A program made the position numbers and the translations under genes. The notes below the pieces were generated by a model, which saw nothing but the letters and a program-made list of their open reading frames with translations, was not told where the DNA came from and ran no database searches. Shown piece after piece: positions 1-6,768 of a stretch of 34,724 nucleotides of DNA (position 1 is its first letter; each line of letters opens with the position of its first letter). Source of the DNA: a virus (lineage: Duplodnaviria > Caudoviricetes); IMG/VR virus record IMGVR_UViG_3300020716_000021, positions 1-34,724 of that record; one strand, written 5' to 3'.

Positions 1-26
1 TGCAGGTTCGAGTCCAGCACTGGGTA
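1..26 (+). tRNA. 3' fragment of a tRNA (T-arm and acceptor 3' strand), truncated by window edge; isotype unknown
   Basis: GCAGG-TTCGAGT-CCAGC T-arm followed by ACTGGGT-A. Confidence 0.75.
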
Positions 27-31
27 CAATA

Positions 32-104
32 GGGGATATAGCTCAGTTGGTAGAGCACGTGACTGTTAATCACGTGGTCGTAGGTTCGAGCCCTACTGTC
101 CCCG
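32..104 (+). tRNA. tRNA-Asn(GTT)
   Basis: GGGGATA/TGTCCCC acceptor, GCTC/GAGC D-arm, CGTGA-CTGTTAA-TCACG anticodon arm, GTAGG-TTCGAGC-CCTAC T-arm, G73. Confidence 0.97.
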
Positions 105-196
105 CAAAAGTCAACTGGTCGTAAGGGTAGAAGCTGCAGAGACCGTAAATAACCCTTGTAAAATATAGACAGCCGTAGGAAGACAACCTACAAATT

Positions 197-284
197 GGAG
201 TTACTACGATTGTGGTGAAATCGGCCCTGGATGTAACGCTGGGGTGCCAAAGTGCTAAGGCGTGTTCGAATCACTTTAACTCCA
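197..284 (+). tRNA. atypical tRNA-like RNA (GTA in an 8-nt loop; possible pseudo-tRNA-Tyr)
   Basis: Perfect GGAGTTA/TAACTCC acceptor, CGAT/ATCG D-stem, CCCTGG/CTGGGG stem with loop ATGTAACG, long variable arm, GTG-TTCGAAT-CAC T-arm. Confidence 0.6.
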
Positions 285-292
285 CGAAAATA

Positions 293-375
293 CGGAAGAT
301 TGGGCAATTGGTCCGCCTGCCGGTCTGTAAAACCGGTGTCTTACGACGGTGAGGGTTCGAATCCCTCTCTTCCGA
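293..375 (+). tRNA. tRNA-Tyr(GTA), class II, C1:G72
   Basis: CGGAAGA/TCTTCCG acceptor, CCGGT-CTGTAAA-ACCGG, GTC-TTAC-GAC variable arm, GAGGG-TTCGAAT-CCCTC. Confidence 0.93.
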
Positions 376-520
376 CATAATTAAATTTGGTTTGTGGAAT
401 TATTGAATTGTTTTGAAAACGCTCTTAGATAATACTATTAATCAAAGCCAGGGTATGAACGACGTAATACTTTTATCAGTGTTTTTGCAGTTTGTTTCAT
501 GGTTTTAAAAATAAATTTTT

Positions 521-594
521 GACCTCTAAGCTCATGTGGAAGAGCTACCGACTTTTAATCGGAAGGATGCTGAGTTCGAACCTCGCAGGGGTCA
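521..594 (+). tRNA. tRNA-Lys(TTT)
   Basis: GACCTCT/AGGGGTC acceptor, CCGA-CTTTTAA-TCGG, bulged T-stem GCTGAG-TTCGAAC-CTCGC. Confidence 0.88.
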
Positions 595-599
595 CATAA

Positions 600-684
600 G
601 GTTCTCTGGTGTAAATGGTAACATACTGCGTTTTGAGCGCGGGGACAGGTAATGCAAGTCGGGGTTCGAATCCCTGGAGGACTT
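600..684 (+). tRNA. tRNA-Gln(TTG)-like with enlarged variable region
   Basis: GGTTCTC/GAGGACT acceptor, CTGCG-TTTTGAG-CGCGG, about 17-nt variable region, CGGGG-TTCGAAT-CCCTG. Confidence 0.75.
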
Positions 685-694
685 CAATAAAATA

Positions 695-768
695 GACGTC
701 GTAGCTCAGTCGGTAGATGCAACAGCCTTTTAAGCTGTGGGTCGTGAGTTCGAACCTCACCGGCGTCA
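695..768 (+). tRNA. tRNA-Lys(TTT)
   Basis: GACGTCG/CGGCGTC acceptor, ACAGC-CTTTTAA-GCTGT, GTGAG-TTCGAAC-CTCAC. Confidence 0.93.
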
Positions 769-778
769 CTTTAAGAAA

Positions 779-845
779 AGGGTAATGTGCTATACACACC
801 GCGGGGTAGCAACTGGGAAGGCCGGTTCGATTCCGGTTTACTCCA
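779..845 (+). ncRNA. short tRNA-like RNA / pseudo-tRNA without a canonical anticodon arm
   Basis: GGGTAA/TTACTC acceptor, GTG-CTATA-CAC mini D-arm, GCCGG-TTCGATT-CCGGT T-arm. Confidence 0.55.
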
Positions 846-856
846 CGAAATAATAT

Positions 857-928
857 TCCTCTATAGGTTAGCTGGAAGACTAGCAGACTCTTAATTTGTG
901 GGCCTGGGTTTGAATCCCGGTGGGGGAA
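857..928 (+). tRNA. tRNA-Lys(CTT)
   Basis: TCCTCTA/TGGGGGA acceptor, GCAGA-CTCTTAA-TTTGT, T-loop TTTGAAT (C56T). Confidence 0.85.
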
Positions 929-950
929 CATAAAAATTAAAGTTGTAATT

Positions 951-1589
951 ATGAAAGGATATGACAGTATTGAGTATTACGGAGACTATTGGGGTTTGCC
1001 CATAATCGCATTCGATAAACTGGATGGGAGCAACCTCAGGTTCGAATACTCACACAAAAGAGGATTCTATAAGTTTGGATCCAGGAGCGTAATGATTGAC
1101 AGGAGCTCCGAGAATTTTGGATTTGCAATAGATCTATTTTTGAATAAGTACGCAGATGGTCTGGAAAAGGTTTTCAAATCAAAGGAATATAGAAATATAC
1201 CATCTTTTGTTTGTTTCGCCGAACTAATTGGTAAGAACTCTGCATTTGGTCAACATGAATTTGGTACAGATAATTTCGACACCATTCTTTTTGACATAAG
1301 CGCATACAAAAAGGGATTTATTCCACCAAGACAATTTGTAAAAGATTTTGGACATTTAGGAATACCAAAGATTGTATATGAGGGAAATCTTAATATGGAC
1401 TTAGTCAATGATATTAAAACCAATGTGTACGGGTTGTCTGAAGGAGTTATTTGCAAGGGTCTAATAAAAAACAAGAAAGGGGATAATCTCTATTATTGTA
1501 AGATTAAAACGAATGATTGGTTTGAAAGATTACGTTCTAAATACATTGATTTGTACGAAGCAGAAATAAAACAAGCCAAGATTTTTTAA
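951..1589 (+). CDS. ATP-dependent RNA ligase (Rnl2-like nucleotidyltransferase domain)
   Basis: Motif I FDKLDGSN, motif III FAELIG, IIIa LFDI, IV EGVICK, V KIK. Confidence 0.85.
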   Translation: MKGYDSIEYYGDYWGLPIIAFDKLDGSNLRFEYSHKRGFYKFGSRSVMIDRSSENFGFAIDLFLNKYADGLEKVFKSKEYRNIPSFVCFAELIGKNSAFGQHEFGTDNFDTILFDISAYKKGFIPPRQFVKDFGHLGIPKIVYEGNLNMDLVNDIKTNVYGLSEGVICKGLIKNKKGDNLYYCKIKTNDWFERLRSKYIDLYEAEIKQAKIF

Positions 1590-1605
1590 TTCAGAAACGA
1601 TTGAT

Positions 1606-1613
1606 TATATTTG
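1606..1613 (+). promoter_or_regulatory. Bacteroidota-type sigma70 -7 box TAnnTTTG
   Basis: TATATTTG, intergenic, 15 nt before ATG 1629. Confidence 0.6.
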
Positions 1614-1628
1614 CTTAAATAAGAAAAC

Positions 1629-2081
1629 ATGAGTCTGAAACAAACAATCCTTAAAGATTTTACTACAGCCTTTAAGGCAAAACAGGAAGTAAGGAAGGCC
1701 ACTTTATCTGGGCTGAAGGCAGAAATAACAAAAGTGGAAAAGTTAAATGGTTCTACAGACCTTGACGATTCTGGAGTATTGAAAGTAATACTTGCTTCTA
1801 TTAAGGCAAGGAAGCAATCAATCGAAGGGTTTGAAAAAGGTAATCGTCTGGACTTGGTAGCCAACGAAACGGCGGAACTCCATGTTCTGGAAGAATACCT
1901 TCCAAAGGGGATGTCAGAAGAAGAAGCAAAGGGTAAAATTGATATACTTGCTGCTGCTCTTTCCAGAGAAACCAACAGGAATAAAAAGGTAGGAATGATA
2001 ATGGGTGCTTTTAATAAGCAGTACCAGGGACAGTTTGATAATGGTGAATTGAAGAAATTGATAGAATCCATTGTTCCTTAA
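1629..2081 (+). CDS. GatB/YqeY domain protein
   Basis: MSLKQTILKDFTTAFKAK...IKARKQSIEGFEKGNRLDLVANETAELHVLEEYLPK..GMIMG matches the YqeY pattern. Confidence 0.9.
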   Translation: MSLKQTILKDFTTAFKAKQEVRKATLSGLKAEITKVEKLNGSTDLDDSGVLKVILASIKARKQSIEGFEKGNRLDLVANETAELHVLEEYLPKGMSEEEAKGKIDILAAALSRETNRNKKVGMIMGAFNKQYQGQFDNGELKKLIESIVP

Positions 2082-2096
2082 GGAAATATATAATGG

Positions 2097-2654
2097 GTGA
2101 AGTATATTAAATCATTTGAATCCAAATTAAACGAAATGGGAGTAAATTATAGCACTCTTGGAGAAGAGGTACCTTTTGAAGAAGTTGTTGAATTTCTAAG
2201 GGACTATAAAGAAGGTGGAAGTGTAGCTTGTTTAGGATATTCAGAGGGAGAAGGTGATAATAGAAAAATTATTACCGTTCCCTTTGAATCTGAACCAGTT
2301 TTCGACCCCCATAAGAATTACTGCGCTTTTTTAAGAACAGTAGATACTAAGGAACGAGGGAAAAAGAAGTTGGAGGATGCTAGCAGTAGGGATTCATTAA
2401 TGAAGCTACTAAATATAGCTACAGAGGTAAGGAATGGTTTATATAGTATGAATGTCGATGAGGATGACGGATCAGATCATTCTTATATTTGGCCGGGGTT
2501 TGATGAGGATGGTAATCTCTATGGTGCTGATAAATGGGGATTTAATAGTTCGGAATGGTTTACCGATGGTTTAGGTTTATATTCCGAACATAGCGATGAA
2601 TATCAGGAGTTTTGTGACGAAGAGGATGAAGATATTGATGACGGAGAAGAATAA
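2097..2654 (+). CDS. acidic hypothetical protein; candidate internal virion protein
   Basis: GTG start, N-terminal KYIKSFESKLNE leader, very acidic C-terminus, AATATATA 4 nt upstream. Confidence 0.7.
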   Translation: MKYIKSFESKLNEMGVNYSTLGEEVPFEEVVEFLRDYKEGGSVACLGYSEGEGDNRKIITVPFESEPVFDPHKNYCAFLRTVDTKERGKKKLEDASSRDSLMKLLNIATEVRNGLYSMNVDEDDGSDHSYIWPGFDEDGNLYGADKWGFNSSEWFTDGLGLYSEHSDEYQEFCDEEDEDIDDGEE

Positions 2655-2658
2655 AAAT

Positions 2659-2732
2659 GGCGATATAGCTCAACTGGTTAGAGCGTAGGTTTCATAAGCC
2701 TGAGGTTGTGGGTTCGATTCCCTCTATCGCTA
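2659..2732 (+). tRNA. tRNA-CAT (elongator Met or Ile2)
   Basis: GGCGATA/TATCGCT acceptor, TAGGT-TTCATAA-GCCTG; lacks the initiator GGG/CCC anticodon stem. Confidence 0.9.
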
Positions 2733-2740
2733 CAATAAAT

Positions 2741-2812
2741 AGTCCCATAGTATAACGGCTATCACGTCGGGTTTTGGTCCCGAAGATCTAGGTTCGATTC
2801 CTGGTGGGACTA
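2741..2812 (+). tRNA. tRNA-Gln(TTG)
   Basis: AGTCCCA/TGGGACT, TCGGG-TTTTGGT-CCCGA, CTAGG-TTCGATT-CCTGG. Confidence 0.93.
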
Positions 2813-2818
2813 CTTTAT

Positions 2819-2889
2819 AATCCTATAACATAATGGTAGTGTAGGGCTCTCTGAAAGCTCGTGTGACTGTTCGACTCAGTCTAGGATTA
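2819..2889 (+). tRNA. tRNA-Gln(CTG)
   Basis: AATCCTA/TAGGATT, GGGCT-CTCTGAA-AGCTC, GACTG-TTCGACT-CAGTC. Confidence 0.88.
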
Positions 2890-2897
2890 CACATAAA

Positions 2898-3392
2898 ATG
2901 GGTAAATTTTTAAAAGATCCTAATTTATTAAAGGAAATAATAAAGTATTCTTATACTCAGGTAGAAGTAATAAATTCTATTAGAAGGAAGGGATATGGAT
3001 ATAGTTTTAAAAGTTTGAGAAAATTCATTAATGATAATAGCATAGATATTACTCATTTTAAATCAGAGGAGATAAGATTGGGAAAATTAAAAGAATTTAT
3101 AACTAATAAAAAGAAAACACCAACAAAAGAGTTACTTGTTATAAATTCTACTGCACAAAGAAAAGAGGTAAAGAAAAGATTATACGATGAGGGGTTAAAG
3201 GAAAGGAAATGTGAATTAGATGTCTGTGGACAGGGGGAAATTTGGAACGGTAAGAAAATATCTCTAATTTTAGATCATATTAATGGGATTAATAATGATA
3301 ATAGATTAGAAAATTTAAGAATTTTGTGCCCCAATTGTAATGCTAGCTTAGATACGCATTGTAGGGGATCAAAAAATAAAAAATATGCCTAG
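2898..3392 (+). CDS. HNH endonuclease (free-standing homing endonuclease)
   Basis: C..C...LDHINGINNDNRLENLRILCPNCN HNH signature. Confidence 0.9.
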   Translation: MGKFLKDPNLLKEIIKYSYTQVEVINSIRRKGYGYSFKSLRKFINDNSIDITHFKSEEIRLGKLKEFITNKKKTPTKELLVINSTAQRKEVKKRLYDEGLKERKCELDVCGQGEIWNGKKISLILDHINGINNDNRLENLRILCPNCNASLDTHCRGSKNKKYA

Positions 3393-3612
3393 TAATTGGA
3401 ATCAATTTTGTCTATATTGCCTCATTGCTAATAAACAAAATAGCAAGTGTGGGGAATGTGGGCAACCTATGATGTCCATATCTAAGTATGCAAGGGTTCC
3501 TAAAAGGAATGCAAAAAAGAGGGAATGGGCTCAATTATTTAAACTTTTCCCTTATATCTTAAAAACTGCTCCTAGAACAAGAGCCTTGATTAATTTAGGC
3601 TTCAAAATCTAA
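3385..3612 (+). CDS. small zinc-ribbon hypothetical protein
   Basis: CLYC...CGECG motifs. Confidence 0.65.
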   Translation: MPSNWNQFCLYCLIANKQNSKCGECGQPMMSISKYARVPKRNAKKREWAQLFKLFPYILKTAPRTRALINLGFKI

Positions 3613-3631
3613 CAGTTTTGATATATAATGG

Positions 3632-4102
3632 ATGAAGCATTTAACCCCATTAAACGAATCAGACTCTTCCTATAGAACCGAAGTGGAGGTAGAAGTCAAT
3701 TATTATGGATCTTCTTTTAAAGGTAGGGAAATTAATACTATTGATACCAATAAAATTTTTATTACCTTCGATATTGAAATAGAATATAAGACATGGGGTA
3801 TCAATGGTATTTCCATTTGGAATATTCAAGGTCCTAGCGAAATTCAATTAAGTGTAGAATATTATGGAAACGAAATAATAGAGGATGATTTTGAAAATCT
3901 AACTGAAGATCTAATGCTAAAATTGGATTGGGACAAAATAAAAATGGACGAGGAAATAGGAAATGGTGCATTAACGGTAGAAAAAATATCCATAGAACTT
4001 ATTAATGATCCATCTGGTGGATTTGTAGTAACCGGAAAGGATTTAATGAAGTCTGGAAATTTAATGATAAAGGAATTTACGGCTCACGTTTCAAAATTCT
4101 AA
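3632..4102 (+). CDS. hypothetical protein; candidate internal virion protein
   Basis: MKHLTPLNES leader, GATATATA 4 nt upstream. Confidence 0.7.
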   Translation: MKHLTPLNESDSSYRTEVEVEVNYYGSSFKGREINTIDTNKIFITFDIEIEYKTWGINGISIWNIQGPSEIQLSVEYYGNEIIEDDFENLTEDLMLKLDWDKIKMDEEIGNGALTVEKISIELINDPSGGFVVTGKDLMKSGNLMIKEFTAHVSKF

Positions 4103-4114
4103 TAAATTGTAAAT

Positions 4115-4144
4115 GAAAATGGTGCTCGTTAAAGCACCATTTTC
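4115..4144. terminator. intrinsic terminator, probably bidirectional
   Basis: GAAAATGGTGCT-cgttaa-AGCACCATTTTC 12-bp hairpin between convergent genes. Confidence 0.8.
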
Positions 4145-4257
4145 TCTTTATTAAAGATTATCATTAAAGATTAATTTGGCTGTTTAATTTCATGCTTAAA
4201 ATCGACCAAAATACAGACCAAATTTATAATATTAAGACAGAAAAGCGAATAAAAATC

Positions 4258-5034
4258 CTATAATTTTGAAAGGTATTCTGCAAACTCTTTTTGGTCTGCC
4301 CTTTCGGCTTTTTCTTTAGCCATTGAAATAATTCCAGGATCAAAAGTGAGGGATTTGAAATATTCTTCTTCGTCATAGAAAGTATCAGATAGTATATCAA
4401 ATACTTCCTGTTCCAGGTTCATTTTTGCATCCCCTGATATTTCAAATCCAATCGTAGAAGAGGAAGCAGCAAAGGTCTCTTTTAGTAATTGGGATATTGC
4501 ACTTAATCCGTCCCATGATTTATAAGAAAGAGTTTTATTGGCAGGATATGCGTTAGCAAGTTTACGAACAGAATTTGCTATTACCTCTCTAACATACTCT
4601 TCCTCCCAATCATAGGATTTTAGTAATTTTTCGAATATAAATGCAGTACCAGTCTTTAGGTACACAACATAATTTTGTTGAAATCCAGGAACAGTAGCAG
4701 TTTTCTTATATTGAACGGTACCAACAACATTAACGCCTTTAGGATGTTCTTGTTTTTTGGATGGATCCCAATTCATCATGATTATTCCATCTTTTTCCGG
4801 GCTAGCAGTTATTAAAAAATAACCTTTAATGTAATTAACCTCGTGCTGTTTCATCCATGGACTATAAAGTATTTCTCGTGTATCCACGAATGCAGGAACC
4901 AATAGGAAGCCTGCTACTCCTTTTAAATCCATTTCTGATGGAAACGACGTACTACAGGTTTCCAAATTATCGACCAATGAGTTGAAATCTTTATCAACAG
5001 GGACGAATATAAAATTACAATCTTGAGTGAACAT
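4258..5034 (-). CDS. hypothetical protein (probably early)
   Basis: 258-aa ORF with a TACATTTG box upstream. Confidence 0.75.
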   Translation of the reverse strand: MFTQDCNFIFVPVDKDFNSLVDNLETCSTSFPSEMDLKGVAGFLLVPAFVDTREILYSPWMKQHEVNYIKGYFLITASPEKDGIIMMNWDPSKKQEHPKGVNVVGTVQYKKTATVPGFQQNYVVYLKTGTAFIFEKLLKSYDWEEEYVREVIANSVRKLANAYPANKTLSYKSWDGLSAISQLLKETFAASSSTIGFEISGDAKMNLEQEVFDILSDTFYDEEEYFKSLTFDPGIISMAKEKAERADQKEFAEYLSKL

Positions 5035-5059
5035 ATCTTATAAGCTTTATTTATTTATG

Positions 5060-5067
5060 CAAATGTA
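5060..5067 (-). promoter_or_regulatory. Bacteroidota-type -7 box TAnnTTTG
   Basis: TACATTTG on the minus strand, 25 nt before ATG 5034. Confidence 0.6.
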
Positions 5068-5134
5068 ATAAAAAAATTCTGAATAGTTTGAATATTTTTC
5101 TCCGGTTTTTCATATAATTTATAATTAAGATAGT

Positions 5135-5965
5135 ATGAAAAAATTCTGGAAATTCAACGAAGTTATAGATTGGACAAAGAAGTCCATGTACGATTATTCT
5201 TATGAAGTACATACCGAAAAATGGCAGGGTAAAGAAATAAAAGAGGATGATAGATTTAAGATGATAGAAATTCTCTTACATTCCTTTTCTTGTAGAATTG
5301 ATCCAGATATAGAAGAGTTAAAAAAACAAATAAATCCCAACCTCCCCTGGGCAGATGACCATTTCTTAGAAAGAGTAAGTGGAATTCCATATAATCCTCC
5401 TCCCTCCCACCAATGGTGGCCATTTGCACAAAAGAATAATGCAGAGTTTGGTGGCAATGAAAAATTCTCTCACACTTATCCTGAGAGGATGTGGCCCAAA
5501 TACCCGGATAAATTAATAATGGGTATTTATTATGATGGAACAGAGCAAAAAGAAGGTCTTTTTGTTGATGGGGAACCCAATAAAGGTATTAGGTATAATT
5601 ATGGGGATTTACAAGATGTGGTTAACCTAATTCATAGGGAGCCATTTACAAGACAAGCATTTTTACCTATATGGTTTCCAGAGGATACAGGAGTAGTTTT
5701 CGGGGGTAGAGTACCCTGTACAATAGGTTACCACTTTATAAGGAGAGGTAATAATTTACATATAGTATATTATATAAGGTCTTGTGATTTTTTCCGCCAT
5801 TTTAGGGATGATATTTATTTGGCGTGTAGAAAAGTACTTTGGATGTTAGAAAAATTAAGGGAACTAGATCCAAAAGAGTGGAATGATGTGGAACCAGGAT
5901 TACTTACTTTTCATTGTACTTCGTTACATTGCTGGGCAAGTGAAAAAAAATTATTACTTAAATAA
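5135..5965 (+). CDS. thymidylate-synthase-fold enzyme, probable dCMP (hydroxy)methyltransferase
   Basis: TRQAFLPIW, catalytic RVPCT, YYIRSCDFFRHFRDD with Asp at the TS Asn177 position. Confidence 0.8.
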   Translation: MKKFWKFNEVIDWTKKSMYDYSYEVHTEKWQGKEIKEDDRFKMIEILLHSFSCRIDPDIEELKKQINPNLPWADDHFLERVSGIPYNPPPSHQWWPFAQKNNAEFGGNEKFSHTYPERMWPKYPDKLIMGIYYDGTEQKEGLFVDGEPNKGIRYNYGDLQDVVNLIHREPFTRQAFLPIWFPEDTGVVFGGRVPCTIGYHFIRRGNNLHIVYYIRSCDFFRHFRDDIYLACRKVLWMLEKLRELDPKEWNDVEPGLLTFHCTSLHCWASEKKLLLK

Positions 5966-6668
5966 GTATTTAATATTTCTTTATGGTCCTGGTTAAATCT
6001 TATTATTAAAAGTGGAATGTTATTGTCTGAACAATATTTCACTTTTAATTTATCGTTGTACTCATTATATGTAAATTTTTCTTGTGTTATAGGAAAAGAT
6101 CCAGCTAATTTGTAGTGCTGTTTACCATTATATTCTATTAAGAATAATAGATTTCCTTCCCTAAAAATAGCAAAATCAAATCGTAATAAACCTTTATTTC
6201 TTAGATCTTTAAATGTATATTCTTCTTCATATCGTATATTATTAATATTTAATATTTCCTCTATATCTCTAATCCCCTTAGATTTATTATAATTACATTT
6301 ATTACAACCATTTCCATTCATATGAACCCATGGAGTTTGTTTAAAATCCCCATGTATATTACATGTAATAATTATTTTCTTATTATTCCCGCTGTAATTA
6401 GTTTTATTATAAATATACATATTTCCGTGTCTCTCTTTAGCTTTTTTTATAAATTCTTCTGTAGTAAATTTCTTTACACCAGCACATTTAGGACATCCAT
6501 TATTCCTTAGATGGACCCTAGGTTCTTGATCAAAGACCCATGAATTTTACAAATTATAGGAATTTTTGTAAATGCGTTAATATAGTTAACTTTTTCATAT
6601 GAATACTTATAACCATGTAATAAAATAGATTTTTTAATAAAATCTTCAGTTGATAATTTCTTAAACAT
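5911..6668 (-). pseudogene. homing endonuclease (repeated Zn-binding DUF723-like units plus C-terminal PD-(D/E)XK domain), one frameshift near 6537-6539
   Basis: ATG 6668 MFKKLSTEDFIKKS..HG..Y.Y..V.Y.N...I.CKIHG; shifted frame continues FDQEPRVHL..NGCPKC..FTTEEFIKKAKERHGNMY into ORF 5911-6420 (RFDF...IEYNGKQHY). Confidence 0.8.
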
Positions 6669-6682
6669 ATATTATATATCTC

Positions 6683-6748
6683 CTTTTAACCATGCACATT
6701 ACATCCCTCCATGCATTTGCCCACGAAAAACTCCTACTAAGGAAGTAA
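6683..6748 (+). pseudogene. orphan duplicate 3' end of the TS-fold gene
   Basis: Translates LLTMHITSLHAFAHEKLLLRK*, matching the gene end LLTFHCTSLHCWASEKKLLLK* (14/21 identical, same stop position). Confidence 0.85.
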
Positions 6749-6768
6749 TTTCATAGATATATAAAACT

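Noticed and set aside
105-192. HDV-like theta ribozyme at a tRNA 3' trailer
   Set aside because: Helix order and L3/P1.1 signature do not match
455-508. 17-aa hydrophobic micro-ORF MNDVILLSVFLQFVSWF
   Set aside because: Too short and T-rich; no supporting signal
545-931. 128-aa minus-strand ORF
   Set aside because: Antisense shadow of the tRNA genes
5135-5165. MKKFWKFNE as a capsid-targeting tag
   Set aside because: Weak match, no ATATATA box, and it sits on a nucleotide metabolism enzyme
5900-6682. Group I intron in the TS-fold gene
   Set aside because: No room for a ribozyme core, the ORF is antisense, and the gene is already complete without splicing
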